Shown here: positions 37,206 through 50,000 of the stretch, piece after piece
Layout of the letters: each line of letters opens with the position of its first letter
How positions within the stretch are numbered: the first letter of the stretch is position 1
DNA from: Felis catus
Lineage: Eukaryota
Length of the DNA: 64,000 nt
Direction of reading: 5' to 3'
Assembly (NCBI RefSeq): GCF_018350175.1
Contig: NC_058368.1
Location: forward strand, 76,200,001-76,264,000
Made by a program: the position numbers and the translations under genes
Notes under the pieces: generated by a model
What the model was told of the DNA's origin: nothing
The model's input: only the letters and a program-made list of their open reading frames with translations
The model's database searches: none

Positions 37206-39553
37206 TCAGAGATAATTAAAGGAAAAAAAACACCAAGGGTCATTCATTTGAATTCTTATTTCTCTAGATCTGGTGCTACTGATTAGAAGTTGCATGTTTT
37301 TCCCTTTGTTTCCTATCCCCTGACTGTCCATACGATTTTTTAGCTTTGCTTGCTCTTTCTTAGAGATGATGGCTTTTTCCCTATTCTCTGAAGTCAATAA
37401 AATATTGTACAATAAGAAAATATATATTTAATTATGTATACATGTACATATCTATATTTTTTTAAATCAAGTTTAAGTGGTAATGCTGCTGTTGGAACGA
37501 GAAACCGTGAGCTGGGTGAAACTGATGCTATGACCCAGAAACACCACCAGACTGACAAAAATCATCATAAAACCCTGCCCCTCCCTCCTCATGCTCTAAC
37601 TACTACCCTTAACACTCCCTTCTGTGCTTTTCCCCTGGCCCAGAACCACACCTTAGTCTCAGAATGTTCCTTCTTCCCATGGGTATAAAGCACACTCCCT
37701 TCTGCTTCAAAGAACTCAGGAAGGTCCACCTTCTCGGCCCCAGGAACACATTCCGTTCCCACCAAGAGCCGGTGGCAACTCCCTGGCCACTTCATGGAGA
37801 AAATGACTCATGCTTGAAATGGGAGAATTCCCTCATTACAAATCCCAGATGATAGCTATTCTCTCTGATAGAAATAATAATTCGTTTGTTCATTCAATGG
37901 CCTCGACCACAGATTGTGCAGTCACCTTGGAGTTTGTACATTCCCCTATGCGTTAGTGCTGTTTTTAATTCGGGTTTGGATCGAAAGCTCCTAGTGGGCA
38001 AGGATTATGGTTGTTAAGTAACCACTCGTCTTGGATGACTGATTAACTTCCAGCATGGCCTGGGTTCTACTGTGCAAAAGGTGTACTGCCTTTCACGCCT
38101 TCTTGGGCTGTGGTAAGTTTATCTGCAAAATAGCAGTTGAATATCATGCAATATAACATACTAGGTGTTAGTTACCTAAAAACATTTGAGCCTTGGGGTC
38201 TGGAAAGAATTGTATACTGACCCACCTGATCTTCCTCTATAGTAATTGTTTACTGAGCGGCAAAATCGCTATTCTCGTGATTACAGTAACCGAGACAGGA
38301 ATTGCTAAAGTCAGATTTTTTTAAAGAAGAGTAAGAGAACTGAAATCACAGAGCCATCTCTCATATAAACACAAAATAAATGTCTTCCTGCAATGGCAAG
38401 TAATGGAAAGAGGAGTACACAGTCTGCCAAGTTCATTTACTCGTGTCTTGCTTTTAAAGAGCAGGTGCAAGGCCAGCTGGCTGTTGCCAACACCTGTCTA
38501 GCACATGATCGTGGGGATGATTAAGTGCCTATCTTAATAACCCTCAGATAGTGGTGGTAAAGTAAAAATAATTGATGATAAACAGCTTAAGGGGTTGAAT
38601 TCTTGCGTCTTTGTTCCTGAAACGTTGATGGCAGACACAAGATTTGCTCAAGATGTTTGACTCTTGACATTCCCAACAGGGACAGGCAATTCTTGCAAAG
38701 GGGGTGCCCTATTGCTTCCAGAATGTTCTACTGCCAGGATTTCCAACTACCCCAGGATTCCACTGGCATGCAGGACGTTCATTTATCAAATCCCTCCTGT
38801 CTGGGACCAATGTTCACAACAGCATTATTAATATTACATATGAATATATTATTATATCAATATAACCTGGGCTTTAAATTCACACTGTTCCATGCAAAAT
38901 ATTGGAGAACATAATATGGTTAAGAGAGCATCTGGCATCTCGTAAGCACTGGGCACATCTCGGTAGTTGTGGTTACATCATTATTTCTACTTACGCAGAG
39001 AAGACAGTGTGGTGAGGCCATGTAGACCTTGACGGAGGACTTCTGTGAACCAGTACCTACCCCCGTGACCTCTGAAATGCTCCAGGAGAGATGTCTGTGA
39101 CAATTTTCCTTATTCTCATGGGAAATCATGAAGGATGACATTGACCTTCATAAAACAAAACATATCTAATAGATTGAAAGCACTCTGATTTTTCACCTGA
39201 TTCAGAAACATACACTTTACTTAACACCCACCCCTACTTAACCCAAGACCTGTGTTCACTCTCCCGGATTCTAATCCTGAGCGGAAATATCGGACACAAT
39301 TCACGTAAGGTCAGTGAGACTACTCTTCTGCTCTGACTCTGAGATATGGGCTCCCTGTTTAATATGAATTTCTAGGCTTGCCTGGCAATCTGATTTCCTG
39401 TTTAAATGCCCCCTATCTGAAGCAGTGAACCAGAAGAAATTTGGGACATGAGGCCTTGAATGCCAGCAAAGCGACTGCCCCACTTCTCAGGGGGCAGAAG
39501 ATGCTGAAAAACAAAATTGCGCACAGAAGACTTTATGTCAGCACAGAATTACA

Positions 39554-39680
39554 CAGGGACCATATCCCCAATCTTCCTGGGTCAGAGACCATGTACCCCT
39601 GACTCCTGGCACTGTTCCAGAAAGCGTCCCTTTCACTCTCAAAAGTGTCCTGCTTTGGGTAATACGTTACGAGCTCACTA
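39554..39680. mobile_element. MER94 (hAT-Blackjack) MITE
   Basis: agggaccatatccc...gcgtccctttcactctcaaaagtgtcctgctttgg matches the recalled MER94 core. Confidence 0.7.
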
Positions 39681-40879
39681 GACTTACGATAAATGCTGAT
39701 AATGCTTCCTCTGAATTGTTAATTAAAGATTAAAATGTGGTCAGTCATCTCTTATAGGAAGGTAAGAGAGGTATACAAGGCATTCTTTGCCAGATTCAGC
39801 AAAAATCGCTGGGTTAAATAGTGATCTAGCGATTGTGTAAGCCTCAACGATCTGGAAATGCACTGCTGTGGAACATGTGTGTCCCAGAAGTTGTTGTATT
39901 AATGAAGTGTTATTGTAATATGCTCAGATTTTGCTATAGTTTTTCTTAACAATTTATGACTGTAGTTTTAGATAAGTGTTATTGTTCACTCGGCTTTAAC
40001 ATGTAATTTTCTTTCTTCATGCCCCTTCCTGTCCTAATTTCTGTCACTGACCTGTAAGATGGCCCAAGACTTCAACTTCTTCTGTGATCATCATTGTCTT
40101 ACACCGAGTAAAACCATTTCATATGAGGCCACGCTTAACAGAAGGCCAGCATATTGTTGGTTTTCTGTGAATGTTACATTATAATGACAAAAACACAAGT
40201 TATTTTGGAGAGAAAATAGCTAATCTAACTTCCCATCTGGTTTCCAGGAAACATTATCCAGAAGCATTTCCCCAGAAAATGCTAAGTATCTTCGCTGGTT
40301 GACCAGGGTTCATTTCAGCTTGATCGTATTAGTTTTACTTCTTTTTCTGTCACTTTTCTCCTGCTTCCAGTACTTTAAGTTTCCAATTAAGATAAGATTT
40401 ATGGTTTGTTGAAACAGTCTTGTTCAGCTGCCTTCTCCCCCCGTCTCATCTGAAAGGTTCTGTGTGGCTTCACGTAACGCAACTCGGTGAGGGGACTGCT
40501 CACGTGTGCCTCTATAAAAACAAATGGCGCGTTTCAGTCAATGTTATTTTTAGAAGCTGGGAATAGTTGCGGGTTCCACTGTCCACCATCCACATGTACA
40601 GACCCGTGCACTGTTGCCTGTTCCTCCCTTGGACAACAATAATACCAACAACAAAAACCAACATACGCTTTCAATGATTAGATTTTCTTTTCATGCAAGA
40701 AATGGGAAAATTATAACTAAGTCAAGCACTGTGGGGGGACCAAAAGTTGGATCAACATACAAGTGACGGGGCATTTTCTTTGAGCTAAGAGGAACCCAGA
40801 CTCAGCATTATTTCATTTGTTTCTTTACACTATGTGATCAGTACAGTTGTCCTTGCTTTTTTAAAATCGATGTTGCATT

Positions 40880-41790
40880 TTTTTTATTTTATTTATTCGG
40901 GTCTTTTCTCTTTTCTTTTTGATAAGTCTGGCTGGAGCCTTATCAATTTTATTAATTTTTTCAAAGAGCCAGCTCCGGGTTTCATTGATCTGCTCTACTG
41001 TTTTTTTAGTTTCTATATCATTTATTTCTGCTCTAATATTTATTATTTCCTTCCTTCTGATGGCTTTAGGCTTTGTTTGTTGTTCTTTTTATAGCTCCTT
41101 TAAGTGTAGTGTCAGGTTGTTTATTTGAGACTTTTTTTCTTCTAGAGCTAGGCTTTTATTGCTATAAACTTCCTTCTTAGGACCACTTTAGTTGCATCCC
41201 AAAGGTTTTGGAGCATTTTGCTTTCATTTTCATTTGTTTCTATTTTTTTAGTTCTTCTTTGATATCCTGGTTGACCCACTTCATAGCAACTTTATCACCA
41301 ATAGCCAACCTATGGAAACAGCCCAAGTGTCCACTGATAGATGAATGGATAAAGAAGCAGTGGTATACACAATGGAATATAACTCAGCCATAGAAAAGAA
41401 TGAAATCTTGCCATTTGCAATGATGTGGTTGGAACTAAAGAGTATGACGTTAAGCGAAATAAGTCAGTCAGAGAAAGACAAATACTATATGATTTCACTC
41501 ATATGTGGAATTTAAGAAACAAATCAGAAAACAGAAAAAAAAAATAGTGAGAGGGAGGCAAGCCAAGAAAGAGACTCTTAACCATAGAGAATAAATTGAT
41601 GGGTTCCAGAGGGGAGGTGGGTGGGACGAATGGGGGAAACAGGTGATGGGGATTAAGGTGATGAGCACTGGGTGTTGTATGGACGAGGTGAATCACTAAA
41701 TTGTGCACCTGAAACTAATATAACCCTGTATGTTATCTAATTGAAGTTTCAACAAAAGCTTTAAAAATATAAAATTTCTTTAAAAAAAGT
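40880..41790 (+). mobile_element. Carnivoran L1 with 5' inversion (40880-41280 antisense early ORF2; 41281-41790 sense ORF2 end + 3'UTR + A tail)
   Basis: The antisense part encodes WVNQDIKEELKK...QNLWDATKVVLRRKFIAIKA...[12 protein letters not shown] (post-endonuclease ORF2). The sense part encodes FIATLSPIANLWKQPKCPLIDEWIKK (ORF2 C-terminus). Degenerate TSD aaaatcgatgttgcattttt / aaaagtgatgtaccattttt. Confidence 0.88.
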
Positions 41791-41895
41791 GATGTACCAT
41801 TTTTATTTCAGGAGAGTAGGTAAAACACAATAACATTTCAATCCTAACCAGGAATTGTCAAGTTTTGTTTTTTTTTTTTAACAGTATAGAATTTT

Positions 41896-42131
41896 ATTTA
41901 TTTTATTTATTTTTTAAAAAAATTTTTAATGTTTTTATTTATTTTTGAGACAGAGAGAGATAGAGCATGAGCAGGAGAGGGGCAGAGAGAGAGGGAGACA
42001 CAGAATCTGAAGCAGGCTCCAGGCTCTGAGCTGCCAGCACAGAGCCCGACGCGGGGCTCGAACTCACAGACTCTGAGATCGTGATCTGAGCTGAAGTCGG
42101 ACGCTCAACTGATTGAGCCACCCAGGCACCC
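41896..42131 (-). mobile_element. CanSINE (SINEC_Fc-type)
   Basis: Near-consensus; TSD cagtatagaatttt / cagtttagactttt. Confidence 0.96.
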
Positions 42132-42144
42132 CAGTTTAGACTTT

Positions 42145-43170
42145 TTAAACTGTGATAAAATATACACCATCTTTACCATTTTTAAATGTTCAAAAGTTAT
42201 TGTTAAGCATATTGACATTTGCGTGTAACCAATCTCTCTCTCTTTTTTTTCTTGCAAAACTGGCACTCTGTCCCCTTCAAACAACTCTTCATTTCTCCCT
42301 CACCCAGCACCTGGCAAGCATTTTACTTTCTGTGTCTATGAATTTGACTATTTTAGACACCTCGTATAAATGTAATCATACAGTATTTGTCAGTTTGTGA
42401 CTGGTTTATTTCACTTAAATGAAACCTTGAGTTTCATCTCTGTTGTGGCACGTGTCAGAATTTCCTTTAAGACTGATAATATCTCATCGTATACTGTTAT
42501 TTGTTTATCCATCCATCCATCCAACCATCCATCCATCCATTGATGGACACTTTGTTTGCTTCCGTGAGTGATACTGCTAAGAACTTGGGTATGCAAATAT
42601 CTCTTGAAAACCCTGCTTTCAATTCTTTTAGATGTTTACCCAGAAATAGAATTGCTGGGTCTTCTGGCAACTGTATTTTCAATATTTTGTGCAACCGCCA
42701 TACTGTTTTCTACAACAGCTGCACCATTTTATATTCCCAGTAACAGTGCACAAGGTTTCCGTTTCTCCACATCTCACCGATACTTGTTATTTTCTTTTTC
42801 TTTTTTTTTTTTATAGTAGCCATTCTAATGAGTGTGAAATGCTATCTCATTGTGGTTTTGATTTGCGTTTCCCTAATGATTCCTGTTGTTGAGTGTCTAC
42901 TCATATGCTTGTTGGTCATCTGCATGTCCTCTTTGCAGAAATGTCTGTTCAAGTCCTTTGCCCATTTTTAAGTCGGGTTATTTGGTTTTTGTTGTGAAGT
43001 TGTAGGAATTCTTTATGTATTCTGGATATTAACCCCTCGTCACCTGTATGATCTGCCCATTTTTTTCTCCCATCCTATAGGCTGCCTTTTCACTCTGTTG
43101 ATTGTATCCTTTGCTGCTCAGCTGTTTTTAATTTTGATGTGGCTCAATCCATCTCTTGTTTATTTCTGCC
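42145..43170 (-). mobile_element. Old L1M (L1MA/MB-type) 3' portion
   Basis: Antisense ORF2-end/3'UTR text (tgatggacac...aattgctgggtc...tagccattctaatgagtgtgaaatgctatctcattgtggttttgatttgc...); contains (ATCC)n at ~42507-42541. Confidence 0.9.
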
Positions 43171-44209
43171 GCCTGTTGTCCACATCTTAAGGAGATTGAG
43201 TGATATTCACAGGAATTAAAAGACTTCCCTAAAGTCATACTAAGCTTCAGAGCTCAAATTTGAATCCAAGTCTACCTGCTGTGGAATCTCTTATGCCTTC
43301 TATCATACTTCCTGGCTTCATAAAGAAAAAAAAATTCATAGGAAGCTACCTAGCAGGTATTAAACAGAAGAAAATTTGAAGACAATATAAATGTAGTTGT
43401 AGGAGATGAGGACAGACTCATGAAAGAACAGAAAGGGGAGAAGAAAGATATGAGTAACATGGCTGAAAGCAGAAAGAGGTATGTCCAAGAATGTTCGCTG
43501 CAATGTTACTTAATATCCTAGAAAGCTTCTATGTGTTCCCCAATAGGACGGGTTAAGTATATTCACTGAATTGTATAGCATGCCACTGATAAAAATTATC
43601 GTACAGAAAATCCAATAAAGGGCACTTTTGATGGATACTTTCATTGAACCCATTTGGCACACCCCCGTGTGTTACAGTCATCGTCAAGGGATTACCCATC
43701 AGCATCACTGCCACTGGTATCAACACACCTGCCCCACCTCCCACCCACCCAATCTTCATGCCCCCATCCCTCTTGCCACAGAGACGGACTCAGGAAGTAT
43801 ACTGTGGTAAGCCACCAAGACCAAGGTGTTCACCCCAAGTCTATGGATACAAGGATCATCCACAGGTGGTAGTGAAGCCTGTGGTGGACCAATCCAGTGA
43901 AGGAATCACTCTTGCCTTCTCAGTCACGTGAGCTAATTACTTCCTATTGTCTAGGAGAGTTTGTGTCATTTTATGTTACTTGCAAGTGAACACACATAAA
44001 ATAATACATAGTATATATATTATTTCTCAAATATAACATATAAATTAAGGTAGAAAATCAGACTAAAAATATATGCTCAAAGTGTTAGCACTCTTAGGGG
44101 AAGGGTAACAGGTAATATTTGGGTATCCCCCCTCCCTGTATTTAAAAAATACTCAATGTCAGAAATACATTTATTTTGTAATTAATGACAAAACCGGCTT
44201 TCTGCTAGA

Positions 44210-44385
44210 GTATATGTGCCTCTATATGCTTTACAAATGTTAGCTAATTTAATTATTACGACAACACCGTAAGATAATTTTAGAGTCTGGGAAACTGAGA
44301 CAGAGATAAGTAAAATAACTAAGCTTGCTCAGTGGGCAAGGTGACCACGGTAATCTAGAACCCAGGTGGTCTAGCTCCATTTTAG
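44210..44385 (-). mobile_element. MIR SINE
   Basis: tgctttacaaatgttagctaatttaat...gggaaactgagacagaga...taact...gaacccagg. Confidence 0.6.
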
Positions 44386-45984
44386 CTCATCTCTTTTTGG
44401 TCCTTATCTCCCTGAGTTAGATGCCCACATTTGTCCCAAGAAGGTTCTATCAAAGTAGTTTCTCAAGGAAGGCAGAATAAACAAAAGTGTTCACAACTGT
44501 GCCTGCTAGAAATCAAATGTTACCTCTCTTGTAATTGTGAGAAAATGATTAACGTAAAAATTCTTAAAATCTATCAAATATCACGAGATCTACCAAGTCG
44601 TTTTGTCAAAGGCAGACTTGGGGGCTCTGTATATGGGGGTTGGGTCAAAGTCAGAGGGACTTCCAGAGAGAAACCTATCCTGTGATCTGGGAGGTGGCCA
44701 GCTAAGCATCCAGGTATGAAAGACCATCCCGGGAGGCGGTATGCAATTGGCAGGGATGATGGTGACAAAGACACTTACGGACAGCCGATCTTCACAGGGG
44801 GATCTGCCATGGGTAGAGGGGTCTCATCCCCAGGAGGCAGTGTAAGGTTGACCTCTAGTTCCAAAGAGGACAAACACGAGGCTAACAAGAGGAAGTTAGC
44901 GCCCAAGTAATGACGGCCCAGGATGGTTTTCAAGAATGATACTGTGGCATTAAGGAACAAGACAGTAATACTGTGCAGAGAGGGGCATAGAAAGGAAGTG
45001 AGGTTAGGAATGAAGTGAGTAAGAGGTTCCTGAGCTCTAAGTGGTGCTGGTAACAAATGTGGTCAGTCCAAGGGACTGTTACTGGACAAACTTCACAAGG
45101 GCAAGACCAGAGGCCAAGCTGAGCCTCCCTCCCTCTACAAACAGGTGGGGATTGCAGCCAGTGCTTTTGGGATTCAGAGCCAGGGGACTTGAAAGTGTTG
45201 GCATTACTTTTTCTCCCATGTCTTACAGAATTCTCAAGGAGAGGGATGATCTCCCTCACCCCTGGCTTCCCTGGGCCCTGGTACAGTAAGTCTCCCATCT
45301 GTGGGGAGATAGGTCCCTCCCTTAAACAGAAGTCCCATTTATTGATTTTGTACACGATCAGCCAAAAGACTGGATTAACCATTTTCCCTTTTCAGGAGGC
45401 CAAAAATAGGCTTTCTGAGACATTTGTTTATTCCGAGTATGTTACATTCTCTTCCTTATCCCCTCCAGCCTTGATATCCAAGTGTTTACTGGAAAAGAGA
45501 CAAGATGGATGCACACTTTTATTCCCAGCGCACGCACAGCTTTCCTAGATAACTCATGCGGATAATCTCGTGATTTTGAGGCTTTGCTGCGTTCTTACAT
45601 TTCTCAAGGGATGTCACCACTAAAGAGCTCAGTTTCAAGCGGGCTAGTCAAATAACATCCTCTGTCCTCAAAAGCAAGAGGGACAGCTCTTTGATCACGG
45701 AGTTCACTAGACAAGGAAGAGCTGCCTTAGAATGTGCTTAGCACACAAGGGTCAAAGGGAAGAAGAATAATCAAAAACAGGCCAAGTGTCCAAATGTGTG
45801 TCCGTGTCCATATGGGGTCTCCCGGAACACGGTAACAAGACTGTGGCAGTGTATGAACTTCCCGAAATGACTTTAGTACGTACATACTCTTCTCATTCAT
45901 CTATAACCAGCACTATCCAACCTTGACTTTACAGATATTATTAGGCAGAAAAGGCTGTGTTTACTTTAGTTAAAAGCAGTGAAC

Positions 45985-46048
45985 TGTTTTTTCTTTTTCT
46001 TTCTTTTCTTTCTTTCTTTCTTTCTTTTTTTTTTTTTTTTTTTTTTTT
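45985..46048. repeat. (TTTC)n + poly-T
   Basis: Direct read. Confidence 0.9.
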
Positions 46049-46804
46049 GACAGCTTTTAGAGTAAAATCTTGAGGAATAAAACTTTAAGGGCTTTTTTAG
46101 AAATGGATTTCGGTGGTAATAATTTCCGGTCTTGGCTTTTGGACTCTGTGAAGTTTCCCCATGCTGTTCCCTTTAAACAGCTTTTTATTCCAATGTGGGC
46201 TGTAATGTGGGTACGAGGAAAATTCTGGGCAGAGCTTTAACATAGGCAGCTGGTGGTAAAGCCCCTTCCACCAGGCAGAGTAGAGGGAGGATCCAATATT
46301 TTCCACCTAAAGTGCTCTCTCCCAGACCCTTCCTTACAAATCACCCTCCCTTTCCACGCTCCCTGCTGGTCTCCCAGCCAGCCGGCTCCCCAGGAATAAA
46401 CCTTACTGGAAAGGAGGCTCTGCCCTGTGTTCTGTTTATTGCTCTACTTTAAAATTTAATAACATCGCTTACATTGTTCTTAACGCTGAGGGTTTTTCTA
46501 TAGTGATGAAGTACAATCCTGAGTTTTCATTTTTTAACAGTTTCTTGGTTAATGGAACACACTTTAAAGAGTAAATCAAGTCGAAGAGAAATATTAAGTG
46601 ACCAAAATACAAGTTTAAAGAAGGTATGGGGAAATTTGTCACCATGATGTGCTCTGCCATTTGGGAAATGTGCACTAAGAACTGAGCACTTACTGGATGG
46701 AGAGATGAACTGATTATAAGGAATGAAATGGACTTGGAAAGTCTGATAGTAACCCACGTGCCGGCCCACTTACCCCGCACTGTGGGTGAGTGACTCTCAA
46801 AATA

Positions 46805-47045
46805 CAAGAAGACCTTGGATTGTGAGTAACTAATTCTGTGAGTTTTCTGCAAGACCAGCAAACATTTCTAATAAATTTTAACTTGATAAACGAGCGAAGT
46901 CTCGCGATACGGGTAGTATGGGATGCCCAACGTCACACGACCGCAACTGGGCCAATGGTTCTTGAAATGCCCTTTGATATACGAGCGCTTTGATACACGG
47001 GCATGTTTCCAGAACGAATTACGTTCGCAAACCAAGGTTTTACTG
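46805..47045. mobile_element. TcMar-Tigger-like non-autonomous DNA transposon (carnivoran MITE)
   Basis: TIRs caagaagaccttggattgtga (left) vs reverse complement cagtaaaaccttggtttgcga (right); TA at 46803-46804 and 47046-47047; CpG-rich interior. Confidence 0.85.
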
Positions 47046-50000
47046 TACAGTCTCATGTTTGTGCTCCTCAAGCTTGTTGATGCCTGGGATACAACCTCCT
47101 TTACTGGTTTTCCTGAATAGGAATTAGTCATTTCCTTACGGCGTGTGATCAAATAAGATGCACCCTTATTAGTTTGTCATCAGAACTAGTGTCTCCTTTC
47201 TGGTCTGTTCTGATGGTTTTCCTGTTTGGCCGAGCAGGGGGATGTCCCTCCTAAAGTCATTCTGGAGGAAGCAGGTGACCTGCCTGCAGCAGCGGTGGGC
47301 GGGACAGTCACAAAAACGTAGAAACGCACAGAGTCTCCTCAGGAAACGTTGCCATGAATAAAGGAAAACAGAGAGCCTTCCACTTTTTCTTAAATTGAGA
47401 ATTTAAACCTCCTCTCACCACACTGAGAAGAGAGAGCCCTCAAAGAATTGACCAGAAATGTTACCTCAGAGCTTGACAACAGTTTCTTTTTTCTCCTTCC
47501 TTAATCACCTTTTCATTCTCCTTGTTTGCCTGTTTTTCTTTTCTTCCATCAATATCTTTTCTACGTAACAATTTATCATCTATTTGCATATTTATTCATG
47601 CCACTTAATCACTTTATGTTAATTCTGCTCTAATACCAAAAACGTACTTGGGTTTTCAGGCATCCAAAGCCGCAATACACGTAATTGCCCACAAAATTGC
47701 TACCAAATACTATGAATTAGAAAGCTACTGAGTATTCACCAGATTCTATTAAATCTAATTATCTGAGATCCTTTGAATTACAATGAGATTGTTCATAGTT
47801 AAAGACACGGGGTAGTGCATAGTTAATTTCTTAATTTCTAAAATGCTACTAATTTTACATGGTCCCATTACTGGCTTAACTAGTTGTAGGGTATATTTAC
47901 ATCCTGCTACGAGTAAGGCAAGCTTTCCAGAGAAGGCAGCGACCCCTACTTCCTTTCCTCAATGTATTTATACCGTAGGAAAAAAATGTTAACATTTAAG
48001 GAAATTCACAGGCCCCTGAGCAGGGCACCGATTGGCCTCTGAGGACAGTGAAATGCACCTAATAATAATTTTCAAGATGTTTTTGTGAATCAGCCCTTCC
48101 TTCCCATGAACAGTCACCTTTAACACGTAACTGCTCCGTTGCGGATATTTGTTGGGGCAAATCCCCGCTTCGAGGTTAGCCTCTCACTCGCATGTGCTAG
48201 AATTTGAAAAAAAAAAAAAAAAGGCAGAAAGAAAAAGGACAGTATTGGATCATACTGAAGAGTCAATGAATTTGTGCTGTTGGTGTGCAGGAAGATTCAA
48301 CCAAGAAGACTCAGATTATTTCAAATAAAACTCCAGCCCCTCCCTGGGATGCTTCTTTTCTGGAGTATTTTGGTGCGGCTGCTGCTCCAAGAGACACAAT
48401 CGAGGTCATTCTGGAGGAAGCTGGACCCTGCAATGAAAGACTTGTTTTCATACCACCGCAGCGGCTTCCTCTTTCAAGGCGTGCAGCAAAGCACACTCTC
48501 AAATGATCAAACAACTCGCTCCGCACAAATGGAAAACAACTCGACCCCTCAGGGAGCCAAAAGGAAGAATCAGGAAGCCAGAGAATCTCTTTGCCCAGAT
48601 CAAAATTTCACAGCCACTAAGCCTCCTGGGGCGGCTGCCTTGGTACCTCCAAATCTTTTCCACCTTGCTTGGTTAAAACAATCGCTTTCAGCCGGGTGTA
48701 CACGGAAATAAGATTCAGGCAATCAGGCTGGCAGTGTGGCCCTGGATGTGCAGGGAAAATCAGGCTCTTACACCCACTGGCTATACCAGCTCCGTGATGT
48801 GCGGGTAGGGTAGAAACTTACTTGGACCTCACTTTGCTTGTCTCTAAAAATCCAGATGAGAACGTTAGCTCTCAGAATTGTCCTAAGGGTCTAGCGAGCC
48901 AGGATCAGGCCTTTGTTCAGGGTCCGGTAGCTGCGATCTCACTACCTTTCTTTCTCCACACTGAATTTGCTAGAATGATATTAGTACAGAGGCCACGTCA
49001 TAATCACCACATGCACGGATCAGAAACGGCCGATGCCTTCCAAAGCAACCAAAAGGGCTGAGCTCATTCTCTCGAAGAATATCTTACAAGTCTCCTGCGT
49101 CACTTTGCAGATGCATTAAAATGCATGTTACTAATGCTGACACGTAAAACTCTAGACTCTGGGGAGGATGCCACTGAGGCCTGGAGAAGTTCGGGGACTT
49201 GCCAAATATGACAGTGACAAGAAACAGCAGAACCGGGGCTCAACCTGGGGTCTCTTGTCCCCCCAAAGAACATCTGCGAAGCAAACCATGCCTCTTCCTC
49301 AATTAAGGTGTGTTTTTCTAGCCGAAAGGGGGCAGATCAGGAGGGGAAAAATAATTGCATGTAAGCTAATCCCCACCTTTGCCTGCACCCTTTCTACCCA
49401 CACATGTGGGCTCCCGGGGTTTGGTCAGGCTGTGAGCTCTTGCACAGCTGTCAGACAAATCAAAGACCCACATGCAAAACGCAGCCCTCGCAAACGCTAT
49501 GTGATGTGGTTTCCTAACACTTACTAGGGGCCTTGGGGTCTAGAAAATAGACGCAGAATTAGGCAGCCAAGGGCACTAAGAATAGAATTTTCATGTGTGA
49601 CAAATGCAATCCTGCAGGAAGCAAAGGATAGTTTTCATGTCATTTAAAAGAGAATGGGGCTCACAGCAGCCCTCGATTTCTAGCACGTGAGAACTTGTTA
49701 CCGTCTCTTAAGACCTCGTATCGCTGCGATGGGCGTAGCGGGTCCTGTTTCGGTGCTCTGTTTGACCAAAAGACCAGAGCATGTGTGGAAACCACTCCAG
49801 AAGGGAGACAGACGCCTGGGTGTGGCACTGGACGTGTCTGAGGCCACAGCGTGGGGTTGGAAAAGGCTCTGGTTACCGAGCGGTTCCTTTATGAAGGTGC
49901 CGCCACAGAGAAGCCGGGTCACCTGGTAACCTAGCAGCCACAGAGCACACACAGGGTGACTTTCTGAAGCAGCAAGCCCAGCGCAAACCCAGCTGCTGAT

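Noticed and set aside
40834..42892. Several 60-86 aa ORFs, one with WKQPKCP
   Set aside because: Decayed L1 ORF2 and its antisense frames.
43781..43805. 25-nt plus-strand micro-exon (ccacag|AGACGG...CTGTG|gtaagc)
   Set aside because: Isolated; no partner exons or recognisable product.
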